Shown piece by piece: positions 46,486-59,894 of a DNA stretch of 64,000 bases. Position 1 is the stretch's first letter, and every line of letters starts with the position of its first letter. The notes under the pieces were generated by a model. That model was not told where the DNA came from and searched no databases. It was given only the letters and a program-made list of their open reading frames with translations. Source of the DNA: the human T2T-CHM13v2.0 reference genome, Homo sapiens; the NCBI RefSeq assembly GCF_009914755.1, contig NC_060930.1. One strand, written 5' to 3'. Both the position numbers and the translations under genes were made by a program.

Positions 46486-47480
46486 TAGTCACTACACCAA
46501 CACACAGCAGAGTCCCATCCTCCCAGTGGCCTCTTCCCAGTCACCCCCTCTACCAAGCCTGGCCCAAGGCAACCACTTTCTATTACTATAGATTTGGTAA
46601 GTCTTTCCTAGATTTCATATAAATTGAAATATACATTATTGCAATTTTTTTGTCTGGCTTCTTTTGCTCAGCACAATGTTTTTGAGCTAACCCACCCTTT
46701 TGTTGATATCAATTATTTCTGAATTTTAATTGCTGCCCCATATTGCATCGTATGGCCACACAGCATCTTGTGCGTTCATTCACAGTTGGTGGGCATAGGG
46801 ATCATTTCCAGCTGTTGGCCGTTACCAATAAAACCTCCATGATCATCCACATTCACGTCTTTTGTGAGCAGACATTCTCACTTATTTTTTGTAAATACAT
46901 AGTTGCGGAATTTCTGGGTCATAAGGAAAGTGCATGTTTAACCCTAAAATCCTGCTCAATTGCTTTTCAAAGTGGTTGTATCATTTCACATCCCCAACAG
47001 CAAAGTGTAGGCCTTTCAGCTGCCTAGGATCATATTCAGTGTTGAAAGACTGTTAGCAGCCGCTTAAATTTAGGCCATTTTAATATGCATATTTTGGTCA
47101 TTATGACTCCAACTTTTATTCGTTGATGACTTCAGATGTTCAACATCTTTTCATGTGCTTATGACAGTTTGTCCTGCTGGAAAGTATGTTTTTGAAAATT
47201 TTCCTCATTTTTCATGCTTTGTTTATCTCATTGAATTACAAGTGTTCTCTACATGTCTGGACACAGGCTATTGATTTATGTGGCTTGCCTTTTCTTCCTT
47301 TTCGTTTTTTCAAGAGCAGAATTTTTTAGTTCTGATAAAGTCCAATTTATCAAATTTTTCTTCTATGATACATTTATATTGTTTTCTATCTAAGAGATAA
47401 CCCCAAAGTCTCAAATATTGTTTTCCACAATTCCCTCAAAAGTTCTTAGTTTTAGCTTTTATGCTTAGGTCTAAAATACA

Positions 47481-47774
47481 TTTTTTTTTTTTTTGAGACA
47501 GCCTTGATCTGTCACCCAGGCTGGAGTACAGTGGCATGATCTCAGCTCACTGCAATCTCTGCTCCTGGGTTCAAGTGATTCTTGTGCCTCAGTCTCTCGA
47601 GTAGCTGGGATTATAGGCAGGTGCCACCATCCCCGGCTATTTTTTTCCATGTTTAGTAGAGACTGGGTTTCACTGTGTTGGCCAGGTTTGTCTTGAACTC
47701 CTGGCCTCAAGTGATCCACTCACTTCAGCCTCCCAAAGTGCTGGGATTACAGGCGTGAGCCATAGCACCCAGCC
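47481..47774 (-). mobile_element. Alu (AluSz/Jb-like)
   Basis: Full dimer with T tract. Confidence 0.94.
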
Positions 47775-48435
47775 AACAATGTATTTTTAATTAATATTTG
47801 TCACTGGTGTGATGTAAGTGTCCAGGTGTTTTTTCCTTGCATTTTAATTCAGTTGTTCCAATATCATTTGTTAGAAACACTGTCATTTCTCGCATTGATT
47901 TGTATTGCCAAACTCATCAAAAACTCAATGGCCATATGCGTGTAAGTCCGCTTCTGAATGCTCTGTTGTGTGCTATTGATCAATATGTCTATCTTGCCGT
48001 ATTCCACTCTCTTCATTTTGGTGTCTTTATGCAATTTTTGAAATCAGATTGTGAGACACAATTTTTTAAAGTTGCATTTAACACTTTAGATCCTTTATAT
48101 TCCCATGTAATTTTACAATCAGCTTGTCGATTTGAAAAAAAAAAGACTCTTGAGAATGTTGAATAAAATTGTTTCGAGTTTGTCAATATCAAATTGGGCA
48201 AAGCTGGCACTATAATAACATTGAGTCTTTTGATTTATGAACAACATCTATCTCTCCATTTATGCAGGTCTTCGTTAATTTAATTCTGTCAGCAGTATTT
48301 TTGGATGTCAATTTATACATCTTGTTCATATTTTAGGCTTAACTTTAAGTATGTCATATTTTGATGCTGTTGTAAATGGGACTTCAACTATAAACTTCCA
48401 TTTTTTGATAGTATGTAGGAATAAGTGATATTTAC

Positions 48436-48597
48436 TTTTTGTTTTTATTTTGAAATGGAGTCTAGCTCTGTTGCCCAGGCTGGAGTGCAGTGGTGCCATC
48501 TTGGCTCACTGCAACTGCCCCTCCTGGGTTCAAGCGCTTCTCCTGCCTCAGCCTCCTGAGTAGCTGGGACTACAGGCATGTGCCACTGCGCGCAGCC
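48436..48597 (-). mobile_element. Alu monomer (FRAM-like or arm-recombined AluS) with TSD gatatttac
   Basis: TSD at 48427-48435 and 48598-48606. Confidence 0.9.
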
Positions 48598-49599
48598 GAT
48601 ATTTACATTTTTATTTGATGCTCAGAAACCTTGCAGAGTACACTAGTTAGTTCTAGTCTCTATTTCATAGATTCTTTAGGATTTTCCATGTTCATGATCA
48701 TGCCATTTGTGAATAAAGACAGTTTCACTACTTCTTTTCCAACATATATGCCCTTTATCCTTTGTTTTTGCCTTATTACATGGGCTACAAGCTGGAATTT
48801 TTGGTTAAAAAGTTTCCATTTTTTTCTAATATATAAAAGATTTATTAGGTCTTCTATTTTTTCTTAAGACAGCTCTGGCAATTTGTGTCTTTTGAGGAAT
48901 TTATCCATTTTATTTAACATCAAATTTGTTAGTGTGAAATTTCACATAAAATTTCTTAATTATTCTCTGAAATCTGTAGAATCTTAAGAAAGTGTACCTT
49001 TCACTTACCATCTTAGTAGAGTGATTCTTCCCTCATTTACTATTATTCCGTCTGGCTGGAGTTTTAGAGATTTTATTGATCTTTTCAAAGGACCAATTTT
49101 GGTTCTATTGATTTTTTTCTCTTTCTTTGTCTATTTTCATTTTAATGATTTGTATTGTCTTCCTTTTTTCTTTAATTTTATTTACTTCATTTACTTTGAT
49201 CATCCTTTTCAGGTTCTTGAAGACATTTGCATCATTGACTTCCACATGAGCACTTCAAGCATGATAGTATCCTCTAAGCATTTGTTTAATTATATTGCAA
49301 ATTGTTTGAATTTGTTTTATTTTTATTAGTTTTTAAGATGTGTTCTAGTTTCCCCTGTGGTTTATTTATTTATTTATTTTTGTCCCATGGGTTACTTTGA
49401 AAATTTATAAGATTATTTCCAAATATTTAATGATTTTTCAGATATTTCTGTGATTGATTTCTAATTAATAGCATTATGGTGAATAAATGTACTCTGTACA
49501 ATTTTAAGCATTTACAACATGTTTTGAGATTTGTTTTGTGGCTAAAATGTATGGCCTTTCCTTTTTTTAAAAAAAATGGTGGTATAATATATTATTTTA

Positions 49600-52500
49600 T
49601 TTTATTCTTCTTTTTTAAACTTTTATTTCAGGTTCAGGGGTACCTGTGCAGATTTGTTATAAGGGAAATTGCTAGTCACAAGGGTTTGGTGTGCAGACTA
49701 TTTTGTCAGACAGGTAATGAGCATGGTACCCAACAGGGAGTGTTTTGATCCTCGTATTCCTCTCGGCCTCCACCCTCAAGTAGGCCCCAGTGCCTGTGAG
49801 CCCTTCTTTGTGTCTGCATGTACTCAAAGTTTAGTTCCCATTTATGAGTGAGAACATGTGATATTTGGTTTTCTGTTTCTGCATTAATTGGCTTAGAATA
49901 ATGGCCTCCAGCTTCATCCATGTTGCTGCAAAAACTGTAATCTCATTCTTTTCATGGCTGCATAGTATTCCATGGTGTATATGTATCACATTTTTAAAAA
50001 TCCAGTCTACCATTGATGGGCATTTGGGTTGATTCCATGTCTGCTATTATGAATAGTGCTGCAATGAACATATGGGTGCATGTGTCTTTGCGGTAGAACG
50101 ATTTGTATTCCTTTGAGTATATGCTCAATAATGGGATTGCTAGGTGAAATGGTAGTTCTGTTTTAAGTTCTTTGAGAAATCCCCAAACTGCTTTCCACAA
50201 TGGCTAAACTAATTTACATTTCCAACAGCAGTGTATAAGTATTCTCTTTTCTCCACAACCTCAGCAGGATCTGTTATTTTTTGGCTTTTTAATAATAGCC
50301 ATTCTGGCTGGTGTGAGATGGAGTCTCACTGTGGCTTGATTTGCATTGCGGTAATGATTAGTGATATTGAGCATTTTTTCGTACACTTATTGGCCCCATA
50401 TATATGTTCTTTTGAAAAGTGTCTGTTCATGTTATTTGACCACTTTTTCACAAGCAAAAAACAACCCCATGAAAAAGTTTAATAATAGTCATTCTGGCTG
50501 GTGTGATTTTGAATATTAGACTTTTGTCAGATACACAGCTTACAAATATTTTCTCCCATTCTATAGGTTGTCTGTTTACTCTATTTATAGTTTATTTTGC
50601 TGTATGGAAGTTCTTTAATTAGATCCCATTTGTCAATTTTTGTTTTTGTTGCAATTGCCTTTGGCATCTTCATCGTAAACTCTTTGCAAGTCCTATGTCC
50701 AGAATGGTATTTCATAGGTTATCTTCCAGGGTTTTTATAGTTTTAGGTTCCATCTTTAAGTCTTTAATCCATCTTGAGTTTATTTTTGTATATGGTGTAA
50801 GGAAGGGGTCCAGTTTCAATCTTCTGCATATGGTTAGCCAGTTATTCCAGCACTGTCTATTGAATAGGGAGTTCTTTCCCCATTGCTTGTTTTTGTTTAT
50901 TTTGTCAGAGGTCAGATGGTTGTAGGTATGTAGCATTATTTCTGGGCTCTCTATTCCGTTCCATTGGTCTCTGTGTCTGTTTTTATACCAGTACCCTGTT
51001 GCTTTGATCACTATAGGCTTGTAGTATAATTTGAAGTTGGGTAATGTGAAGCCTTCAGTTTTGTTCTTTTTGCTAAGAATTGTCTTGGCTATTCAGGTTC
51101 CTATTTGGTTCCATATAAATTTTAAACTAGTTTTTTTTTCTAATTCCATGAAGAATGCCATTGAAAGTTTGATAGGAATAACATTGACTCTGTAAATTGA
51201 TTTGGGTGGTATGCCCATTTTATTGATATTGATTCTCCCTATCCTTGAGCTTGGGATGTTTTTCCATTTGTTTGTGTCCTTTCTGATTTCTTTGAGTAGT
51301 GTTTTGTAGTTCCCCTTGTAGAGCTCTTTGACCTCCTTGCTTAGCTATATTTCTAGGTATTTTAATATTTTTGTGTCTATTTTGAATGGGATTGTGTTCT
51401 TGATTTGGCTCTCAGCTTGGATGTTGTTGGTGTACAGGAATGCTACTGATTTTTTGTACATTGAATTTTTATCCTGAAACTTTGATCAAGTTATCAGATC
51501 CAGGAACTTTTAGGAAGAGATTACGAGGTTTTCTAGGTATAAAATCATGTCATCTGAAAACAGGAACAGTTTGACTTCCCCTCTTCCTATTTGGATGCTT
51601 TTTGTTTCTTTCTTTCTCTTGCTTGATTGCTCTAGCTAGGACTTCCAGTACTATGTTGAATAGATGTGGTTTTCCTTGTCTTGTTTCAATTTTCAAGAGG
51701 AATGCCTCCAGCTTTTGCCTATTCAGTATGATGTTGGCTGTGGGTTTTTGATAGATGGTGACATGATTTGGCTGTGTCCCTGCCCAAATCTCATCTTGAA
51801 TTGTAGTTCCCATAATCCCCATGTGTCATGGGAGGGACCCGGTGGGAAGTAATTGAATCATGTGGGCAGTTACCCCCACGCTGTTCTCATGATAGTGAGT
51901 GAGTTCTCACAAGATCTGATGGTTTTATAAGGGGCTTTTCCCCCTTTGCTTGGCACTTCTCTCTTCTGCTGCCATGTGAAGAAGGATGTGTTTGCTTCCC
52001 CTTCTGCTATGATTGTACGTCTCCTGAGGCCTCCGCAGTCATGCAGAACTGTGAGTGAATTAAACCTCTTTCCTTTATAAATAACCCTGTCTCAGTATGA
52101 CTTTATTAGCAATGTAAGAATGGACTAATACAGATGGCTTTTATTTTTTTGAGGCATGTTTCTTTAATGCCTAGTTTGTTGAAGGTTTTTTTACATGAAG
52201 GGATGTTGAATTTTTCCCAAGGCTTTTTATGCATCCATTGAGATGATAATGTGGTTTTTGTTCTTAGTTCTTTGTATGTGGTGAATCACATGTATTGATT
52301 TGTGTATGTTGAAGCAGCCTTTCTTTTGCATCCCCAGGATAAAGCCTACTTGATTGTGGTGGATTAGCTTTTTGATGTGCTGCTGTATTTGGTTTGCTAG
52401 TATTTTGTTTTGCATCTATGTTCATCAAGGATGTTGGCTGAAGTTTTCTTTTTTGGTTGTGTCTCTGCCAGGTTTTGGTATCTGATGCTGGCTTCATAGA

Positions 52501-55500
52501 ATGAGTTAGGGAGGAGTCCCTCCTCCTTGATTTTAAAAAATAATTTGAGTTGGAATCGTATTAGCTCTTCCTTATACATCTGGTAAAATTTGGCTGTGAA
52601 TCCACCTGGTCCTGGGATTTTTCTGGTTGGTAGGCTTTTTATTACTGATTCAATTTTAGAACTCATTATTAGTCTCTTTAGGGATTCAACTTTTCTTTGG
52701 TTCAATCGTGGGAGGTTGCATGTTTCATGGAATTTATCCATTTCTTCTAGGTTTTCAGCTTGTGGGCATAGAGGTGTTCATAATAGTTTCTGAGGTTTTT
52801 TTCTATTTCTGTGGGGTCAATGATAATGTCCCTTTTGTCATTTTTGATTGTGTTTATTTGCATTTCCTCTCTGTTTTTCTTCATTAGTTTAGCTAGTGGT
52901 CGATCTTATTAATTCTAAGAAGCAGCACTTGGATTCAATGATCTTTCGTGTTTTTTTTTTTGCATCTCTATTTTCTTCAGTTCAGCTTTTATTTATTTCT
53001 TGTCTTCTTCTATCTTTGGAGTTGGCTTGCTCCTGTTTCTCTAGTTCCAGCATTTATGATGTCAGGTTATTAATTTGAGATCTTTCTAATTTTTGATGTG
53101 GGTGTTTAGTGCTATAAACTTTCTTCTTAACACTGCTTTGGCTGCGTCCCAGAAATTCTGGTATGCTGTATCTTTTTTTCTCATTAGTTTCAAAGAATTC
53201 CTTGGTTTCTGCCTTAATTTCATTATCTATGCAGAAGTCATTCAGGAGCAGGTTGTTTAATTTCCATGTAATTGTATAGTTTTAAGTGATTTTCTTGCAT
53301 TGATTTTTATTTTTATTGCACTGTGGCCTGAAAGTGTGGTTGGTATGAGTTTAATTTTTTTTAATTTGCTGAGGATTGTTTTATGCCTGGTTGTATGGTT
53401 GATTTTAGAATATGTTTTATGTGCAGATGAGAAAAAGGTATATTGTGTTATTTTTGGGTGGAGAGTTCTGTAGATGTCTATCAGGTCTATTTGGTCAAGT
53501 GTTGAGTTCAGATCCCAAATATCTTTGTTAGTTTTCTGCCTTGATTATCTGTTTAATACTGTCAGTGGGGTGTTGAAGTCTCCCACTATTATTGTGTGCA
53601 TATCTAAGTCTCTTTGTAGGTCTCTAAGAACTTGTTTTATAAAGCTGGGTGCTCTTGTGTTGGGTGCATATATATTTAGGATAGTTAGGTCCTCTTTTTG
53701 AATTGGGCCCTTTACCATTATGTAATGCTCCTCTTTGTCTTTTTTGATTTTTGTTGGTTTAAAGTCTGTTTTTGTCTGAAATTAGAATAGCAATCCTTGC
53801 CTCTTTATGTTTTCTGTTTGCTTCATAGATTTTTCTCCATCCCTTTGCTTTAAGACTATGAGTGTCATTGCATGTGAGATAGGTCTCTGAAAGACCGCAT
53901 ATAGTAGGGTTTTACTTCTTTATCCAACTGCTACTCTGTCTTTTGATTTGGGCATTAAGCTGGTTCACATTCAAGGTTAGTATTGATATATGCAGATTTG
54001 ATCCTGTCATCATGTTGTTAGCTGATTATTATACAGACTTGTATGTGTGGCTGCTTTATAGTGCCATGGTCTATATACTTAAGTGTGGTTTTGTAGTGAC
54101 CTTTAATGGTCTTTCATTTCCATATTTAGCACTCCCTTCAGGACCTCTTGTAAGGCAGGTCTGGTGGCATTTAATTCCCTTAACATTTTCTTGTCTGAAA
54201 AGAATCTTATTTCTCCTTCACTTATTCAGCTTAGTCTGGCTGGATATAAAATTCTTGGTTGAAAATTCTTTTCTTTAAGAATACTAAATTTAGGCCCCCA
54301 ATCTCTTCTGGCTTGTATGGTTTCTGCTGACAGGTCTACTATTAGCCTTATGGGGTTCCCTCTGTAGGTGACCTGACCCTTCTCTCTAGCTGCTTTCCAC
54401 ATTTTTTCTTTCATTTCAACCTTGGAGATTCTGATGACTGTGTGTCTTGGGGATGGCCTTCTTGTGTCATATTTTTCAGGGGTTCTTTGCATTTCTTGAA
54501 TTTGAATGTTGGCCTCCCTTGTGAGGTTGGGGAAATTTTCATGGATGATATTCTGAAATATGTTTGCAAGCTGTTTAGTTTCTCTCTCTGTCTTTCAGAG
54601 ATGCCAACATGTCATAGGTTTGGGCTCTTTACATAATCTCACAATTCTAAGAGGTTTCGCTCATGAGTATTTATTGTTTTGTCTTCATTTTTGTCTGAAT
54701 GAGTCATTTTGGAGAGCCAGCCTTCAAGGTCTGAGATTCTTTCCTCAGCTTGGTCGATTCTTCTGTTAATATTTGCAATTGCATTATAAAATTCTTGTCA
54801 TGTGTTTTTCAGCTCTATCAGATCAGTTTTGTTCTTTCTTACAGTGGCCATTTTGTCTATTAGCTCCTGTATTGTTTTATTATAATCCTTAAATTTCTTG
54901 GATTGGGTTTTTACTCTCTCCCATATGTTGATGATCTTCATTTTTATCCACATTCTGAATGATATTTCTGACATTTCAGCCATTTCAGCCTGGTAAAGAA
55001 CCATTGCTGGGTAATTAGTGTGGTGGTTTGAAGGTAAGAAGACTCTCAGGGTTGTTAAATTGCCAGAGTTCTTGCAGTGGTTCTTTCTCATCTTTGTAGG
55101 ATGATGTTCTTTCAATCTTTGAAGTTGCTGTCCTTTGGGTGGTTTTTTTTTTCTTCTTTTATGCCCTTGGGAGTTTGATTATGGTATAAGGTGGGTTCAG
55201 TTAACTGGCTTTGATTCTAGTTCACTCCTGGGTCTTGGAGGAGCCTCTTCTGATTACCATCTCTATGCTTGTATCTCTTTTGCTGGGTGTTCTTGTCCCC
55301 AGGGCTCCCTCAGGCAGGGGCTGCAGTTGGCAGACAGGCTGTATCCCTGCCAGGTCAACCCTAATCTACTGTTCATGTGCTTCCTGGGGAAGCACAGGAT
55401 TGCACCTGCCCACAGACTTCAGGTGGAAGCCAAATCACTGTGTTGGAAGCTGTAGCAGGTGTCACCCATCTGGCTATGGGAGGTATGGATGAATGGAGTT

Positions 55501-56470
55501 GCCTGCACTGCCATCTGAATGTTTCCAGGGCAATAGGAGGCTGTGTCCCTTGGAAAATTCAGACAGAAGTGGGACCACTGGTCCAGAAGCTCTAGCAGGC
55601 ATTGCCTGCCTGGCTATTAGCAGCAAGCATGAGTGAGGAAGCCTGCCCTGCCATCCAGATGCTTCCTCAGACAACAGGAAGCTGTGTCCACCAGCTGAGT
55701 TCCCACAGAAGCAGGATCATGGGGTCAGAAGCTCTAGCAGGCATTGCACACCTGGCTAAAATGGTGGGGGCAGGTTGGGGGGGTTGCACTTCCTGCCATC
55801 TGGGTGATTCCTGGGACAACAGGAGGCTGTTTCCTCCAGCTGAGTTCTCACAAAAGAGGGGCCACTGGGCTGGAAGCTCTAGCAAGTGTTGCCTGCTGGG
55901 CTACCAGTGGCAGGGGTGGGTGGAACGGCCAGCTGACTTAGGGCCCAAGTGGGATTGCTGGGCTTGAAGCTGGTGCTGAGCCCTGTCTGGCAAGGGGACA
56001 TGGAGAAATCCCTCTGCTCCCAACCACTGTCACTGCAGCCGCTACTGGGGCCATGGCACCGGTACTGGCCTGCTTTGGGGCCCAAGGCTTGTAGACTCGA
56101 GAATTGCCCCTGCAAAATGTCCAGGTGGCTCTCTGCCTCAGTGTAGAAGCATGGAGGGGGGTACACGGGGGCCAGGGGAATTCTCCTGTTCCCAGTCTTG
56201 CACAGGTCCTTGTGGAGAGCATGAATCCCCCAGGGGCTCTCACTCTCTCACCCTTTCTTGCATTAGAGAGGTTCTCCTGGCTCCACAGTGAGCCCAGACA
56301 GGCTGGTATCCAGCTTCACTCCTCTCTGCTATCTGTGTCCCCTGCTTCCTTGATGGATCCCATTGTGGTTTCTCAGATGATCAGCTTGCAGGGTCAGTGT
56401 TTACCAGCCCTTTTGTTTCCTGTGACAGCACATGAGCTGCTTCTAGTTCGCCACCTGGGCCCCATCCCCA
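49600..56470 (-). mobile_element. Near full-length old L1PA (L1PA13-16-like), ORFs disrupted
   Basis: 3' UTR at ~49600-49850; ORF2 remnants [10 protein letters not shown] and [24 protein letters not shown]; ORF1 remnant RPSPRHTVIR..ILYPARLS; 5' end ggcccaggtggcgaactaga at ~56445-56465. Confidence 0.92.
51759..52132 (+). mobile_element. THE1C/D solo LTR inside the L1PA
   Basis: tgacatgatttggctgtgtccc...ggactaataca; perfect 5-bp TSD GATGG. Confidence 0.95.
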
Positions 56471-57042
56471 GTCTTTCTTGATAAATGTATTCTGTGTATT
56501 TGAAAACAGTATCTACCCTTCAGTTGTTGACTGAAATATTCTATAAACATAAATTAGTTCTAGGTAATTAGTAATATTGTTTTAGTCTTCTATAATCTCC
56601 CAAAGACACACTTTTAATATTTACTTTAATCTGAAAATACTTTTAAAATTAAAATGCCTGGTGGATTGGTCATAGGGGACACGGAGCTCTGCTTGCTTTC
56701 CTGATGAGCCTTGGACCTGAGTGGCCCCAGAGAAGAATTCTGCTGCTTCAACGCAACCATCAGTGGCAGCAGATTTTTGTCATCACCAGCTTAATCTTCA
56801 AGCATTTGTTAAGAATCCCATTGGGCTGTATTACCCAAAGACCTAGATTCCATTCTACTATATTAGAAGTCACTGAAAAAAATTAAAGCTTTAGTATTTT
56901 TTAAATGGAGCTATGTTGAGTTTTGCCCCTGGACCTTTTTGCAGTGATTTCTGCTAAATCTTCAACATGTTTTCTTTTTATTTTTGGGGAATCTGTGAGC
57001 CCCATCTCTAGTTTATGTGTTTGGAGTTTAACTCAAGCTTAG

Positions 57043-57416
57043 TGCTACAGTTTGAATGTGCTACCCAAAATTCATGTGCTGGGAACTTAATCCTCAATGC
57101 AACAGTGTTGAGAAGTGTGAGCTAATAAGAGATGTTGACGTCGTGAGGGCTCTGCCCTCGGGAAAGGATTAATATTGTTAGTGCAGTAGTGTTATAACAG
57201 AGAGTTTGGCCTCCTCTTGCCCTCTCTCACTCTTGTCCTCTCTTGCCCTCCTGTCTTCTGCCATGAGATGACACAGCCTGAAGGCCCTAGTCAGATTCTG
57301 GCACCATGCTCTTGAACTTTCCTGCCTCCAGAATTGTGAGCCAAATAACCTTCTATACTTTATAATAAACTACTCTGTCTGTATTCTGTTATAGCAGCAG
57401 CCAACGGACCAAGGCA
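57043..57416 (+). mobile_element. MSTC/MSTD-like MaLR solo LTR
   Basis: tgctacagtttgaatgtg...gttatagcagcagccaacggaccaaggca; perfect TSD CTTAG. Confidence 0.9.
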
Positions 57417-59823
57417 CTTAGCTCATAAGAGATGAGTATGACCCTGTCCGAATCACCTGGGGACGTCCCATGAAGCTGTTAGGAGAGAGAAGTATTTGCT
57501 TTTTGCCCCTGGACTTGAATCTGGGAGGATCCAGGGTGTAGCTGCCAATAGGCAAAGTGCAACACAAGGGGTCAGCACTGACTGAACCAGAGGCAAAGCC
57601 TGGAGACACTGGATCCTAGTGAGTCAGGGGACTGTATCCACCTGCAGCTACCAACGTGCCACGTGGGCTTGTAGATGGGCAGCAGCCAATGAAGTTATTC
57701 CGTTCTTCCCTACACCAATTTTGAGGTGCTTTTTGCTGTTGTTGTTGTCTTCCCCAGTTGCTTGCAGCTATTAGGGCCCAAAATGATCTAGGTGTTATCA
57801 AAAATCCTAGCTTGTATATGAAAGTGTCAACACGTGTTTTCTGGTGTGTATCTGTCTGGGTGTGCGTTCCCATAAGACAGTGAGTGTACTTTGTTCTGAT
57901 CATATTTGCATCTTTGCTGTTCCAGAGATAGTACCTAATAAATGGCTAATGAGGAAGTGAATTACTGAAATGTCTTTAATGTAGAGTAAGGAAAAGTATG
58001 AAATACTTGCCTGAGTCCTATAATTTTCAATAATTTAGGACTGCCAGTTAAATTCTTTTTGTAGAAATTTCTGGTTGAATACAGCAGAAACCGCAACTTA
58101 ACTATTATCAGTTTTTGTATCCCCCTCACACGCATCAGATGATGCCCTTCTTCTGAGACACTTGTGTTGGCTGCACCTTGCAGGACAAGTTTAAACCATA
58201 AGCTGCGTGAAAGTAGGGACTCTAGTATCCTCAGTGCCTGGCATGTGATGGCAAGGCATGGTGGCAGATGCGTCCCGGCCATTGTACAGGCTCTGCCTTC
58301 TGGAAACGCCCCTTCTGGAACTTGCCTATGGTGGAGCACTGTTGCAACATCTGCCTTCCTGGAGGGTACAAAGGGGCAAATGCTGTGTCTTCCACGGAAC
58401 TTATTCCAGCTTCACGGTGGGGTGAGTGCCTGGGACAGGCAGATGCTGGCCCTTCTCACTGCACCCCCACTCCCCAGGTTACTTCTCGCCCTTGTTTCTC
58501 ATAGGTCCCTACGCTTAGAAAACTATTCTACCTTAAAATTCGAACAAGTTGCATTTTGCAATGTGTTCCTGACCACAGAATTTGTCGTTCTTGGCTAAAT
58601 TCAAGCCCTGTTCCACTGTTTTACAAATCTTGCTTGAAAAGGAAAGAGAGGCAGGGGCCTGCCTTTTGTGTCGGCTGCCAGCTGTTGGCTTCACGGTCAG
58701 TCAGCAGTGAAGACCGCTCCCCTTCCACTCCCCAAAACTATACAAACCACTGCAAAGCTCTATAGTTCATATAAGTTTAGAGATTATTATTTCTCTTGTG
58801 TTTTTTCTTTTCTTTGTAAGTGGAAACAAAAAGCAAAACAAGGATAACTACAATATGCATCAAAAAAAGTAGGAAAAGCAGCAAAGTAGCAAACCCAGGC
58901 AGGGAACAGTGCAGAATCATTTCAGCATTCTGAAGTGCACCAGCAGCCACAGAGCAAGAGCTTGTTTATGGCTCACGTTTTGCTGGAAAAATCTATGTAA
59001 GATCCCAAAGCATCATTTAACACATTTTTCAATGGCAATGGAAGGTTTACATATTTCTATATAGTTGCCTAAGTCAAAATGTGGAGAAAATATATTGGAA
59101 GAGCGCTTGCTTCTAATCATGAATAACATGTTATCACTTTTTATGGTCTATACTGATGATGCTTAGATAACAGATATAGCAGGGAAAATATGAAATGATA
59201 GCCATTTAAATGAAAAGCTGCTTACATCTGAGCCAAGGGAATTAAAATAAAATCCAAGAAGACATCCGCATATATTTTCCACCCTCACCCCTACTCAATT
59301 ACTTGCATATTTGTTATGTTGGAACTCAACAATGTCACATACCAATATCAAATGTAAAATATCTATACATATATAGGTCTATCTCTTTACAAATTTCAGT
59401 GAGGACAACAGCTTTATTATCATTTCTTTACTTTTGCCAAAAACAAGGATAACGATAAAACAAAAACCTGATGCATGATGCCATTTGGGACTCGGTTGTC
59501 ACTTGGTAGAGAGGACAGGGTCCTGTGAACACTGAAGCAACAGACACCAGCCGTTCCAGTGGGCAGGGGGCAGTGTGGCCCTACGTTCAGGTGGCGAGTG
59601 AGGAAGCAGGAGCCTCTCTCTAGTTGAGGCCGGGTCTCTCAGAAGCCCCTCATCTCCTGGCGAGTAAAACTGCACCATCCACGCGACCGACGTCCCACTG
59701 TGCTGGTTATATGTTTCCTCACGATTTATTGGCTGACTGCTTAGCTACCATTTTTATTTTTACAAATAGAATTTATCTTCAGGGTACAATATTTCATTCT
59801 ACTTTCAATGCTTCCTCACTCAC

Positions 59824-59894
59824 CATACTTTCCAATTTTTATTTGATGATTTAGACGTCTCCACGCTGTGGGGACCCCAGGCTTGTGCAGACAT
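59824..59894 (-). other. Candidate 71-nt internal exon of an unidentified, probably non-coding, transcript
   Basis: Minus strand: ctgac branch, ...tctttggattcccacAG, exon, ATG|GTGAGT donor. Confidence 0.35.

Larger units (their letters stand above)
45795..49560 (-). mobile_element. Ancient L1M (ME/MC-like) host, interrupted by MER51 and Alus, resuming at ~56472-56600
   Basis: Continuous degraded antisense L1 3' UTR/ORF2 text (gatttcatataaattgaaatatac, ttgcttttcaaagtggttgtatcattt). Confidence 0.65.
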
